64,000 nucleotides of DNA from Octopus sinensis (Eukaryota), in the NCBI RefSeq assembly GCF_006345805.1, contig NC_043005.1, positions 17,980,001 to 18,044,000 on the forward strand, given 5' to 3'. The stretch's first letter is position 1, and every line of letters begins with the position of its first letter. A model generated the notes under the pieces. That model had not been told where the DNA came from. It did not search any database and worked only from the letters and a program-made list of their open reading frames with translations. Position numbers and translations under genes: made by a program. Shown piece after piece: positions 13,395 through 27,038 of the stretch.

Positions 13395-14425
13395 TTTCAT
13401 TATTTATATACCATTCAACTACGTTAGTAGTTAAATATTTTTAAGGTCGCAATTTACTCACATCTTCTGGAGCTTATTGCTACTCCAGTTCTCAAACAAA
13501 TTGAAACCTGTTAACATTTTTGAAGAGGACTCGTCCCTTGCTACATTTTGGTATTAAAAAAATGAGATTTGGTCCAGTAGAAAAAGTCTACATCAAAATT
13601 TGTAGTAACGTTATAAGGGAGTAAGTAACGCCTCCAATCAAGTTTAAATCTAAATAACTTTTTTATTTTAAAAGCAAAATATATTTATCTTAGCTTCAAT
13701 GACAGAAGAAAGCATGAGGAATTTTATAGATTTCGTCCCATGCAACAAAAATTTGTATAAAAAAAGTTGTAACATAAAGTATCATTAAAAAACATAAGGC
13801 AAAATTTGGATTGAAGTATAATTAACCTTTTTTATTTTAAAAACAAACTATATTTTAACTAAGCTTAAATGATAGAGCTCAATTCGAGGAATTTCATAGT
13901 ATCAATCTCATACAATGAAGTTTTAAAAGAAAAAAAATTATGTGCTTGTTTCTCATACTTTTTTATGAATATAGTTCTGTAAGGGAATTTTAATATATGT
14001 CACCGGCATCATTGAGGTAAAGAAAAAATTATCAGCGACACCGCTGATTTGCAATTAGTTGAATTACGTCATCTGTAATAACTAATGCAATTATGTCATG
14101 TAAACACAGTCCCGTAATCTGAGACGAAAAGCAGAATCATAGTAGTTTACATTGACAGGAATTTCTCAGTTTTTAAGACTTCTCAAAGAATCATTCAACT
14201 ACGGTAGTTGAATAATATCCAAAACGCCGCAATTTACTCACACGCAGCATCTTTCAGAGCTTTCTCGCTAATTCAGTTCTTAACCAAATTGAAAACTGTT
14301 AACAGTTTTGAAGAGGACTGATCCCTGTAAGTAACACATCAATTCAAGTTTAGATCTAAATAACTTTTTTTTAAATTTTAAAAGCAAAATATATGTATCC
14401 TAGCTTCAATGATAGAAGAAAGCAC
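13395..14425. repeat. Diverged direct repeats (13395-13735 vs 14190-14425) in a probable non-autonomous DNA element
   Basis: Shared blocks cattcaactacg, gcaatttactcaca, tgttaaca.ttttgaagaggact, tcaagttta.atctaaataactttttt, aaaagcaaaatatat.tatc.tagcttcaatga.agaagaaagca; third partial copy near 13840-13900. Confidence 0.7.
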
Positions 14426-14813
14426 AAGGTAAATATCTTAAATTGTCAATTGACACATAAATTAGCATAGTAGCACAGCCTAGAAAAAACATGGATTACA
14501 TGGAAAAATGCGAGCAAGAGAAATAATATTCTTAAGATTATAAACCTGGAAAAGTACACGACAAGTTATTACACTTGTAAAAGTTCAGGACAAGTTATTA
14601 CATCTGGTAAAGTACAGAACAGGAAAAATTTTACTTAAAATATTGCAGCTAAGGATAAAATTTGAATATTAAGGATTATTTGATTTTAATTTACAAAGTA
14701 ACATTATAATTAAAACAGGTACCATCATTTTGTCAAAGTATTGACACATTAGAATACTTAAAAAGATACACATACATACATACATACATACATACATACA
14801 TACATACATACAT

Positions 14814-14919
<106 letters not shown>

Positions 14920-14920
14920 T

Positions 14921-15132
14921 CTTTTCTACTCCAGGCACAAGACCCGAAATTTTGGGTAAAGGAGCCAGTCGATTAGATCGACTCCAGTATGCAGCTGGTA
15001 CTTAATCTATCGACCCCGAAAGGATGAAAGGCAAATTCAACATCGGCAAAATTTGAACTCAGAACGTAATAGCACACGAAATACCGCTAAGCATTTCGTC
15101 CGGTGTGCTAACGTTTCAGCCTGCTCGCCTTA
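14921..15132 (-). mobile_element. tRNA-derived SINE family C (my label), tail type 2
   Basis: Reverse complement: head, gagttcaaat B-box-like motif, ttgcctttcatcctttcggggtcgata core, then tail ending gtgcctggagtagaaaag. Confidence 0.8.
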
Positions 15133-15577
15133 TATATAGTAGAATTAGCGGTTGGAAAAAACGTCTAAGGGATGAGAATATCCGTTATTACTACCGGTAT
15201 AAATTAGCTATGTTAACCCTGGGCATACACATGCAGGCATATTATGTTCATAGGATACAGGCATTAACAAAAATAAACAAGAGTTTATTAGGAATCAAAT
15301 TTTAATTAAGCAGAAAATAGAGAAATCTTGACCAACAACAATTGACTACCATCGGTTATTATTTTTTAATACGAAACTTTAACACATCTAACAGCCGTTT
15401 CTGCTTCCAATGTCCCTCTGTGTTGCCTAAGAAAATTCTGAGAATAGTATTCGTCATATTTTATAACACATCTGGAACATGGAGCTTCATCAGAGTGAAT
15501 AATAATACATAAACGGAAAGAAGAGAAAAAGAGCCTCAAGGGGAAGAATAAAGGCTTAATACATTTGAATCATTCCA

Positions 15578-16442
15578 TTTTGCAGTGTAACGCTTCAGGC
15601 CGTTAAGTAATTGACTAAACTAGAAAACTAATTAGTGGGTTAATCTTTCTTTAGGGGTAACAGGGTGTATAAATAAAAAAAAAGTAAAATAAGTACTTTA
15701 GTATAACGGGATACGTGAATAGGTCTAGAAAAAGGGGGAGTGATAGTGCCATAACGTTTACAAATCATTATAGTTCTTAAGATTATGTAAATAGTACTAA
15801 TTAATATTTATCTAAATAACATGCCCATAAATTAATTACATTTATTTACTTACTGATATATTGTAAAGACCAACCACCTATTGTCCGTAATGGGATTGAC
15901 CAAACTCCAGTCATCAATATAATTGGTCAATTAAATTTGAAAACAAAGGGCAAGCTATTAAGACCATTATACGGGTAGATGTAAATAAAGAAGTAAATAA
16001 AAAGTAAAAGTATGGAGAAGTAACATATGTTCTAGGTGGCTGAAGGCCGCTTATGACATCATAAATAAAACAACCAAACATGTAAACAAGCATCATGCGA
16101 AGGAAGCAACTACGGTTAAGGGGAGACTATATTTAAAGGGAGGTGATGGCTAAGGCCTTCAATTACATAATTATACTACTAAGTCTGTGTTCTGAAATAG
16201 CCACCACAGTACCCAAGCGGTGGTCTGAAGACTATATAGCTGTCTTAATAGCTTCTAAACGTTATGGCATTATCACTCCCTCTTTTTCTAGATCTATTGG
16301 CGTATCCCGTTATACTAAAGTACATATTTTACCTTTCTTTTTCATATTTATACACCCTGTTACCCCTAAAGAAAGATTAACCCACCAAATAGTTTTCTAG
16401 TTTAGTCATTTACTCAACGGCCTGGAGCGTTACGTTGCAAAA
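15578..16442. repeat. Long inverted repeat, arms 15578-15760 and 16256-16442, spacer about 495 bp
   Basis: Arm-to-arm complementarity read directly, e.g. gggttaatctttctttaggggtaacagggtgtataaat / atttatacaccctgttacccctaaagaaagattaaccc. Confidence 0.9.
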
Positions 16443-17044
16443 GCCCAAACTTCCGAGTTCTTTTACAAGGCTTGGAGAAACTGATAGACTTCTGCAATAA
16501 GTGCGTGAATCTAAGAGAGGGATATAGTGAATAAAATTACAATTAACTGATCCGTCTGTATTGTCTTTTATCCAAATCCAGGAACTTTTCTGCACCCCCT
16601 CGTTTACACACACATACACAGACACACATACACGCACACATTTATATATATATATATATATATGTTAATTGTCCTGTACTCCATTTTTTGTTTGTTTTAA
16701 AAAAAAATGTCCAGTTCCTTTGGGTTGTCTATGTTTTTTTTTTTTCGTTTCTCTTTGTGTTCGACGTCCCTTTGGTGTCCTGTACTCATATATGCGTGTA
16801 TATGTAATGTAGATTAGGTACGTACATATATGTATATATACATATGTTTTATTTATTATTATATATATTCATATTATATTTATTATATATATATATATAT
16901 ATATACATATATAATATATATATATATTATATATATATATATATATCTATCTAATCTATCTATCTATCTATCATCTATCTATCCATTTCTATCTATCTAT
17001 AATATATATATATATCTATATATATATATATATGATATATATAT

Positions 17045-17084
<40 letters not shown>

Positions 17085-17109
17085 ATTATATATATATTAT
17101 CCTATTCTA

Positions 17110-17512
17110 TTACTAGCTTTAGTCATTTGACTGCGGCCATGCTGGAGCACCAAATTTGGTCGAAGAAATCGACACCACGACTTTTTCTTTGTAAGCCTAG
17201 TACTTATTCTATCGCTCCCTTTTGCCGAATCGCTAGGTTACGGGGACGTAAACACACCAACATCGGTTGTCAAGCGATAGTGGTGGGACAAACACACACA
17301 CAAATACACACACACACATACACACACACACATACATACATATATACGACGGGTTTCTTTCAGTTTCGGTCTACCAAATACATTCACAAGATTTGGATAA
17401 AAGTCGGCTCGAAGTTACAGTAGAAGACACTAGCCCAAGGTGCCACATAGTAGGACTGAACCCAGAACCATGTGATTGGGAAGAAAGCTTCTTATCACAC
17501 AGCCACTCATCT
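17110..17512 (-). mobile_element. SINE family A
   Basis: Reverse complement of the 83-479 family. Confidence 0.85.
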
Positions 17513-18364
17513 GTGTGTGCGTGTGTATATATATATATATATACACACATGCATACATACTTGCACACGCATATACAGACATACACACACATACACACGC
17601 AAACGCACTCATGCACACAAACACACACGCATATATATATAAGGGTGTATGCATGCATCTGTAAGGGCCGCTACACTTGTCGTTTATAATTAGTAATTAT
17701 CTAAATGTTCCCCGTTAAGAGATCACTACACTTCGGTTACTAGAGCTATTTAATTATATCAAAAGGCTTCATATATGAATCTACCATGGATTTGACCTTT
17801 GCATTTCGTCTAGATGTTATTTAACATTTGAATATTGCCTGTTCGACTGAATATCCTTTTTTCACCACTATCTTGGAGACGTAATTACACCTACTTCAGA
17901 ATATATATTTCTCGCTTGAAATGCATCAGAATATATGTTGTTTTTGTGTATAACATGAGTTTCTTCTCGGCATTCGCATTTATAGCAAGCATATCAACGA
18001 AACTGACCTTTCGTTGCACTTTAGCATAGGTGAATTAGAGACATTTCTTAGATACAGTGTGTAGTGTGTATGAAATAGAATTTAGATCTTTCTCTCGAAC
18101 CTCTGACAAACGCATTCTCGCAGACACGCACGCACGCACACATAAATGTCACCAGGAGACTTACATAAGTAGGATATTACAGTTACAAAACTGACATGTT
18201 AATATGTGAGCTAACTTGTGGTGATGTAGAGAACATGTTGCACATGCACAGTTTCACAAATCACAGACAGACAGACACAAACATATGAATGAACAAATTC
18301 TTTTCATATATATATGTATGCATATACACACATATATATATATGCATACACACACACACACATA

Positions 18365-18431
18365 TATTAATAGTAATGGTAAAACAACAAAAGCATGAAT
18401 GAGACCTCTATATTATATAAATAGAAGAATT

Positions 18432-18476
<45 letters not shown>

Positions 18477-18477
18477 C

Positions 18478-18514
<37 letters not shown>

Positions 18515-18549
18515 GTATGTATATATATGCATATATATATATGCAATAT

Positions 18550-18593
<44 letters not shown>

Positions 18594-18759
18594 ATATATG
18601 CATATATATATATGCAATATATACATACCTATATATATATATATATTATATATATATATATTAATAGTAATGGTAAAACAACGAAAGAATGAATGAGACC
18701 TCGATATTATGTAAATAGAGGAATTTATCTGTAATATATCTGACAATTATTCGGTTGCC

Positions 18760-18762
<3 letters not shown>
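18365..18762 (-). mobile_element. Two partial copies (18365-18440, 18658-18762) of the 3' flank of the long-stem hammerhead family, within (TA)n
   Basis: Reverse complement matches 63645-63750 (gcaaccgaataattgtca...taaattcctctatttacataatat.gagg). Confidence 0.75.
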
Positions 18763-18803
<41 letters not shown>

Positions 18804-20985
18804 ATAATATATATATATAAGGAAAGTTTGCTATTTTAAGGGACAGTGTGTTCTCCCCAGTCAACCTCCAAACTAACCTCCCACACTATCCTCCCCCTCC
18901 TCCTTTGTTAGACGGATACCTTATGGAAGAATATCGTAAATCTGTCTGTCTCTGTCTCTGTCCCTTTCTGACTCTCTCTCTCCTTGTCTCTCTCTCTCCT
19001 CATATCCATGTATCTATTTGGGTAAATATGTATGTGAGTATGTGAGCGTGCGTTTGTGTTTATCTGCGTCCAAGTAATGTAGTGGTTCGGCAAAGCAACC
19101 GATAAAATAAGTACTAAAGGCTTAAAAAATAGTAAGTGTTGAGATCTATTTTATCGATTAAGCCCTTCTAGCTGGTGCTCTAGCATGGCCATATACTGAC
19201 GCAAGTAAAATAATCTTATTCGGTCCTCATTTAGCAATGCCTCTTCTGTTGGAATGAAAAGGTGTTTTTCATGATTCTGGAATGTTTAGTAAGAATGCTT
19301 TCAGATTGCTGGAATTCTATGTAAGAATGATATTTTCAAAAGAAATCCGATGAATTGGCTGATAATAATAGAACACATGGCTGATGTCATTATGTGAGTA
19401 AATCACAAATGAGGATAGTTAAAATAAAATCTCTTTATATTTGTTGTGAATGCAAACGTATAACATGAGACCGAGAAAAAAATATGAATGAACATTTTGA
19501 ATCAATGTCTTACAAAGATATTGTAAATATATTAAATTGATGTGAAAAAGGAATCACCCATTATATCTTTTGATAAAATTGTTGAAAAAATTTAACTAAC
19601 CGGCAAAATATTTAAAACTTATTGTATAACTTGCAGGAAAGAAACCGAATTTTATCAGGCATGGAGGAAGTTGAATACTATATTAAGAATGGGATATATC
19701 TTGGGAACTGTTTGTATTCGCACTTTCCTTCACTTAACTTTACAGAGTATATTAGCCATTAAAGAGAATATATTAGCGAATATTGCAATAAATTCATCAG
19801 TTTAATGTATATAGTATTATTGATGAAAACTTTTGTGAATTAGATAATTTTTCATTGCTCGAAGTAGAAGTAACGATAGCACAAACTGTGTAAAAGAAAA
19901 AAAAAAAAAAACGCATTTTGTTCTGACGGCACGTGTGCTATGCGTAGACAAAAAAACTGAACTTGTTACAGGATTAATTAAAAAATTTCCCAACGATACA
20001 ATTTGGCATCGTTTGAGTCAATTGATTACAACTTTGGTGATGCTTTAAATGAGATAAATAAAATAGATCATCCTAAGACTTTTGGAATAATTTTTATGCT
20101 ACTTTTTTAAAATCACTAATAAAAATTTAAAATCTTTCAAAGTATATTAAATATTCTAAATAGACGGACTTTTGGTCACCAATGGGCCTCCTGCAGCCTT
20201 ACATTTGCTAAAGAGTTAGGGAAGGTTTATCCAACACTTCACACGTTTTTCTTTTGTTGTTGTAAAAAGTTAACGTTTACTGGAATAATAAGAAAAGTGG
20301 AAAACACATTTATGAGAGACTTTGGCTTGACGATCAATATATTGGACGGTATCAGATTTACTACATGGAGAACAACTGGGTTTCACCGAGGGAATAATTT
20401 TTTTATACAGCTTAAGTAATTTAGGTATACATAGAAATAATCCCTGAACTGCATATCTTTCTTACATGGGACAATAAAGAAGTTAGAGTCACTTGGAAAC
20501 AAGAGGAAGATGCAAGTAGTAAATAATGATCTACAATTTGAATTAATTTCTATCACTTTTGAGATGAGTGGGAAATAACATCCAATTAAAAGATCTTGCT
20601 GCTTCAACAACAATTATAAAAATTAAAACAAATTACAGAATTGTAATATGCATTGTTCACGAAATGGTAATTACAGGGATTTAAAAAAAAAAACCCAGTT
20701 TAACAACTAAACATCTGTGCTTTATTCTTTTCAAGAGAAAACAATAAGTTTGTCGAACGAAATACCCATTTATCCGTTTCATAGATAAGAAGTCATCTTT
20801 ATGCTTTAATTAACAAGTTCCTGTATATTTGGAAGTCATTAACGCCATAACTTATAATAAGATATGTAAAATGATTTCAATTCACTAAAAATTTAAAATA
20901 ATAAAATACAAGTTATGATGTTATATTTCCTAATAATTCATCAAACGCACACATGCACAAATATTTTGAGATACTTATGTGTGTG

Positions 20986-21024
<39 letters not shown>

Positions 21025-21165
21025 GTGTGTGTGTGTGTGTGTGCGTGTGTGTGTGTGTTGTGTGTGATTATTGTTATATGTTTCTCTTTAAAACAAAAAC
21101 GACAGAAATTTCAATGTAACGTTAAAAATTTATTGCATAAAAATAGACTAAATGTAAAGAATTTG

Positions 21166-21213
<48 letters not shown>

Positions 21214-21734
21214 CGTACGTATACGTACACGTATATATATATATACGTATATATACGTACACGTATATATATATATATATACGTATATATATATGTGTAT
21301 ATATATATATGGATATATACATATAAGCGTATGTATATATATATATATTACATACTTACACACACACATATATATGTGTGTATATATATGCATATGTATG
21401 CATGTATGTATCTATCCGTCTATATACACACACAGACACACACACATGTGTATTTGATAATTTTCAACACAGTCTACTTCAGCCCACCTGTTCAACAAGA
21501 ACATCATATGTATGAAACAACCATACGTTTTCCTAATCAACAAAGTCATTCATAAAGATAACACACGCTATATTGTTCGTTACTTTATTCGTTAAACTAC
21601 TTGCCATCACAAGTATTTGCTTATTTCTACTTCAGTATAAATACATACATACCTATATATGTATTTATGAATACACCCACACATATAAATTAATAAATAG
21701 TATGTAAGTGTATATATATATATATATATATAAC

Positions 21735-21900
21735 GGGAAGCTTTATGAAAATAAACAAAAGACGAAGGCAGGTGGAATACAAACAAACAATTGTATTAGT
21801 ATGGCGCTCAGGAATATAAATAAAACAAGTCTTTTACGTTTCGAGCCTACGCTCTTCAACAGAAAGTTACACAGAAAAGAAACACGGAGAGAAACAAGGA
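21735..21900 (-). mobile_element. Penelope-like terminal fragment, same family as 900-1020
   Basis: Shares caaaagacgaag.caggt...tgtattagta...aagtcttt.a.gtttcgag.ctacgct with the Penelope end at 901-1020. Confidence 0.75.
21831..21866 (-). ncRNA. Minimal type I hammerhead-like motif with non-canonical core (CUGUUGA)
   Basis: Minus strand: CUUU CUGUUGA A GAGC guag GCUC GAAA CG UA AAAG. Stem I 4 bp, stem II 4 bp, palindromic ACGU at helix III. Confidence 0.5.
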
Positions 21901-22312
21901 AGAAAAAAAATGCGTGCAGAAGCTGTCATTCGCATGTTTTGAATTCGGTGGTACTGGTCATGGATATAATTTGTCTGATGTTACTGGAATCAGATAGGTA
22001 TGTTCAGGTTTTTTCAGTGCTACCAAATTAAAAATATATGGAAATACTGTGCTGATGAGAAAAATTATCAGAATGGAAATGCGATTCTTGCATTTTTTCA
22101 TATCTATCTAATTTCGAAACGCGTACACAGTTAATCTAATGCCGGGTGAATTTCGTTGTTTTCTTTCTCTGCCTACGTGATATGTTTTTGAGCATATATT
22201 GTCTGGGATTTGTTTCTTACAGTAGTAGAAGAAATTGCTAGTTGTTTTTTGGCTGCTATTTCTAAAGTTCGGTGTGTGGTGAAGCAAATTCTTTTGCCTA
22301 ACCCTTTTTATA

Positions 22313-22361
<49 letters not shown>

Positions 22362-22364
22362 GAA

Positions 22365-22620
22365 CTCTGTGTCCCAGCTGATACGATCAAAGGAACAGCT
22401 TGCTCATGAAATTAACGTGCAAGTGATAGAGTACTCCACAGACACATGTACCCTTAACGTAGTTCTCTGGCAGATTCAGTGTGACACAGAGTGTGACAAG
22501 GCTGGCCTTTTTAAATATAGGTACTATTCATTTTTGCCAGCTGAATGGACTGAAGCAACGTGAAATAAAGTGTCTTGCTCAAGGACACAACACGTCGCCG
22601 GGAATAAACTCACGACCCTA
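22365..22620 (-). mobile_element. SINE family B, 5'-truncated
   Basis: Reverse complement of the 39552-39881 body. Confidence 0.8.
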
Positions 22621-22674
22621 TACATTTAAATATTTGTTTTGCAAGATTCTTGATGTGAATTTGTGTGTTGAAAC

Positions 22675-22976
22675 ATATATTGTTGTATTTGGGGACGGTC
22701 ATGTCGCCAGTTTAGCCAATAAAAACACACGCACTATATATTTGGTGTTCACTTGCTTCAGCTTTATTTTATATTAGATCATTAGTAAGGAGGGACACAC
22801 AAAAAAGAAAGAAGGAAGCAAAGGACCACTGATGAGGTCATAGAAGTGTGACGAAAGCACTCTGGCCGAACAATTAATATAAAATAAAGCTGAAGTAAGT
22901 GAACACCAAATATATAGTGCGTGTGCTTTTATTAGTTGAACTGGCAACATGACCATCCCCAAATACAACAATATAT
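22675..22976. mobile_element. 302-bp element: 102-bp inverted arms enclosing a hammerhead motif
   Basis: Arms 22675-22776 and 22875-22976 with 7 mismatches by my count, all transitions; 98-bp spacer. Confidence 0.85.
22826..22865 (+). ncRNA. Minimal type I hammerhead ribozyme motif
   Basis: CCA CUGAUGA G GUCA uagaagug UGAC GAAA gcac UC UGG. Full core, 4-bp stem II, 1-bp helix III with near-palindromic loop, 3-bp stem I. Confidence 0.65.
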
Positions 22977-23344
22977 ATATATTTATATTTATATGTTAAA
23001 TATCCATTATGAAATCAAATGAGTGAAAATCTATTTTAACATTTTAATGATGTTGCCAACAACGTCAACTATCACTTTCTGATTGTGATAAAACTCTTTC
23101 CTGACTCTGTATTTCGAGATGCAGATTAACTGAAAGAAGATCTGATCTGATTATTAATACATACGTTGATATTCTATATATGGGAATGTGATATATTATG
23201 CCGTGAACACCTTGGATTTAGTTACTGAACGGATGACAGCATAACTTGAATATTAGCGGATGAAGAGTGGGAGAACAAGAAAGGGATATGAAAAGAAAAA
23301 TAAAACAGGACGGAGAAAGCAAAGAAATAATAATTATAACCCTT

Positions 23345-23780
23345 TCTATTGAAGACACAAGGCTTGAAATTTGGAGGAGGGGACTAGTCGATTACGTCAA
23401 CCCCAGTGCTTCACTGGTGCTTGACTCACCGTCCCCGAAAGGATGAAATGCAAAGTCGACCTCGGTGGAATTTGAATTCAGAACATAAAGACGGTCAAAA
23501 TATCGCCAAGCATTTCGTGGCACAACAGAAGAAACTATAAAAATAGAAGATAAGTTTAATTAATGGAAATAATAAAAAATGATAATAAAGAATGATAACA
23601 ATAATTATGGTTTCTTTTATAGGCGCAAAGCCTGAATTTTGGGGGAAAAGGGTGAGTAGGTTATATTTACTCCCCGTACTAAACTGGTACTTTTTTTTTT
23701 TATCGCCCCCGCAGAATTTGAACCGAGAAAGTAAAGACGGGCGAAATTCTGCTAGGCATTTTCTCCTGTGCCAACGGTTC
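23345..23780 (-). mobile_element. Two diverged SINE family C copies (23345-23520, 23610-23780)
   Basis: Both carry reverse-complement C-family core and head motifs. Confidence 0.7.
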
Positions 23781-24297
23781 TGCTAGTTCACTGCCTTTTA
23801 ACAACAACAACAACAACAAAAACAACAACAACAAGTAGAAGAAGAAAAATAAAAATGTGAAGAGGACGAAAAAGTGAGGAAAGAAAAATACGAAAATGAA
23901 GAAGAGGAATAAGAAACCAAAGAAAAGAAGAGAATTAAAAAAAGAAGAGAAAAATATTTGAGCAAGAAAAACAGATGGTTAAGTTTCAAAATAGAAATGA
24001 AAAATGAAAAGAAAAAGAAAAAGAAAAAAGAAAATAGGCAACAACAGCAACAACAATAATAATATCAAATAAAATGATATAGGAAATGTGTGAGAAGGGA
24101 AGGCGTTAGTGGTTCTAACTAATATTTGTATAATCAATAAAACACTACAGTAAAAAGCTAGTCCGTTAGACAAGTATCGCGAACTCACTGTAGATGTTAA
24201 CCAGTTGACGCATAACGGCTGTCCTTTTCCACAGGTTTTTGCAGCTTCTATAAACACTCATGCACATATACACATGCACACATACACCTACTGTCAA

Positions 24298-24336
<39 letters not shown>

Positions 24337-24518
24337 TGCACAAATACACAAGCACTAACACATACAAACACACTCACAGACAAGCACACGCGCACATACA
24401 CATCTACATGCACGTACACAAAGACTCAATGTTTATTTAAATCTGAATCTAAATGAGTCTCTCCTCACTGTTTTCTTGTTCGTGGTCTTCTGCCGACAGA
24501 TTATTTTTACGATATTTG

Positions 24519-24836
24519 CAGTGGAAAATTACAGAAAACACAAGTATAGATTAATAGTTCCTGCGTACGTTTCATCATTATGCTCATTTGGGACTCAATG
24601 AATGTTCATGCCTAAATGCAGCAGATCCTCAAGGGATCACTTTATTGCATTCTGTTTCAAAGATCTAATATCATATCTTTGTTACAAAATGCAATGAAAT
24701 GGCCCCTTGATGATCCATTGCGATCAGACATCCAAATGCATTTGGAACATGAAATGCCGCGTTCCAAATGACGGTAATGGTGAAGCGTATACAGGAACTA
24801 TTAATTTATACGTGTGTTTTTCTTAATTTTCCACTA
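24519..24836. mobile_element. MITE with about 70-bp terminal inverted repeats (Tc1/mariner-like CAGTGG start)
   Basis: cagtggaaaattacagaaaacacaagtatagattaatagttcctg... / ...caggaactattaatttatacgtgtgtttttcttaattttccacta. Confidence 0.75.
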
Positions 24837-25207
24837 CATATGCTCTGTAACTAGTAACACTGATAAGTACAATGGTAGACTAGGCTACTATACTGAAAGT
24901 ATTTATACTTCCAGTCACTTCAGGTCACTTCAGTAATGTAACCACACACGTGTTATTGGCAATTTCTTTTCCTTCTTTGCGACGAAGAACTTTCTCCTTT
25001 CCAACCAAGAGCTATGCTCGAAACGTTAATCTCTCTCTTTTTAGCAAGCGTCAAATTAATACTTACTTTGTACACGTTCTCTTGTCTGTTAATTTTTATT
25101 TGTTTATTTGAATTGATTGGTTATTTAAATTGACTATATATTATATACATAAATATACTACATACATGAATATAGTAATGCATATATACTATATATATAT
25201 ATATATA

Positions 25208-25244
<37 letters not shown>

Positions 25245-25296
25245 TACATGCACACATATTTACACATACACATGCATATATACGTATATATATATA

Positions 25297-25363
<67 letters not shown>

Positions 25364-25842
25364 ATATACATACATATGCGTGTATACGTGTCAATAACAT
25401 AAAACATCGCTAGATCTGTTGCAGATAGAGGTCATAACTTCCAAATTACACTTACCATCGTAAAACGGATGTATTAGTTAAGGTCGTACTAGAAACCTAT
25501 CAACTTTCTATAAGTCTACGTTTAATCTATCTTTGTTCATATGTCTACTCAATCAAAGTTGATATGGCGCTAAACAACAACAGTAGCGCGCGCACACATA
25601 TACACACACATATCACACATACATATACAAACACACACATATACAAACACACACATATACGTATGTAAGTTTTAATGGCAAAGTGTTACAGCATTTTGAA
25701 TTCTCGTTAAAAAAATAATGATGATCTCTGTCGGCAGTGAACCTTTGGTTCCAGAGAAATCAATCAAAATTTTGTTAAAAAGAATTTTCTGTCCATGTTT
25801 CCGATGTTTAATTCCCATTCTTCCAGCTCATTATTAATGTGT

Positions 25843-25885
<43 letters not shown>

Positions 25886-25905
25886 TGTGTATGTGTGTGT
25901 GTGAG

Positions 25906-25942
<37 letters not shown>

Positions 25943-26135
25943 GTGCGTGTATATACATATTCTTTTATGCTTTACGTGTTTCAGTCATTTGACTACGGCC
26001 ATACTGGAGCACCGCCTTTACTCGAACAAATCGACCACAGGACTTATTCTTTGTAAGCCTAGTACATATTCTATCGGTCTCTTTTGCCGGTTGTCAAGCG
26101 ATGGTGGAGGGACAAACACAGACACGCACACAAGT

Positions 26136-26189
<54 letters not shown>

Positions 26190-26483
26190 ACACACATGTG
26201 TGATTTCAATACGGAGCAAATAATTCACGAAAAAATAATTTGTGAAGATATCTTTGACTCTGTTATTATCTAGTGTAACAATTTAAAAATGATAATAACA
26301 GAATCAATAATATAGGCGATTTAAAAAAGAATTTTGACTGCTATTTCTAGCAGGTAGATATACTTAGTATGTCGTCTAATTAATTTGAATCCTTCAGCTA
26401 TATATATATATATATAAAAATATATATATTATATATAATATTATATATAATATATATTATATATAGCATACATATATACATAC

Positions 26484-26518
<35 letters not shown>

Positions 26519-26604
26519 CATAATATATATATAATATATATATATAATATATATATATATATATAATATATGTATATATATATGTTTATATATGGAGAAT
26601 ATAG

Positions 26605-26975
26605 TGCCAGCATTGACCAAACGACCTAAACATTAGCTACAAGGTTCATCCAAAGCAGGGACCACGGGCCCATACATCCCCTGACCAATTCTTGATCACA
26701 ACATATGGGTACACTGCGACACATTTTCTTTTCTTCAACAGGCCCTGCTCTGTTTAACATTTATCCCAAAACTGATCAAAGAGGAAAAGTATCCCATCAT
26801 CTTTAAACGGAATCTGGATAAATTTCTTCAAGGAATACCTGATAAGCCACTCAAAAAGATATTGAATGGACCATGATACCACAAAACTAGGCTTCAAAAA
26901 AGATTTAAATAATCCTATCAGGTGGTGCTATTTAGTAAGACATGGCCTGGACCAATCTTGGGTCGGAACATATCT
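26605..26975 (+). mobile_element. Decayed second copy of the 7665-8245 LINE 3' end
   Basis: GPALFNI...FKRNLDKFLQGIPDKP across frames, and shared 3' UTR caggtggtgctatt...agacatggcctgg.ccaat. Confidence 0.8.
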
Positions 26976-26987
26976 AAATTTATCGGA

Positions 26988-27035
<48 letters not shown>

Positions 27036-27038
<3 letters not shown>

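Noticed and set aside
15460-15495. Other CUGANGA occurrences (15487 minus, 22053, 34377, 57523)
   Set aside because: No paired stem II followed by GAAA and an NUH site; a 7-mer alone is expected by chance.
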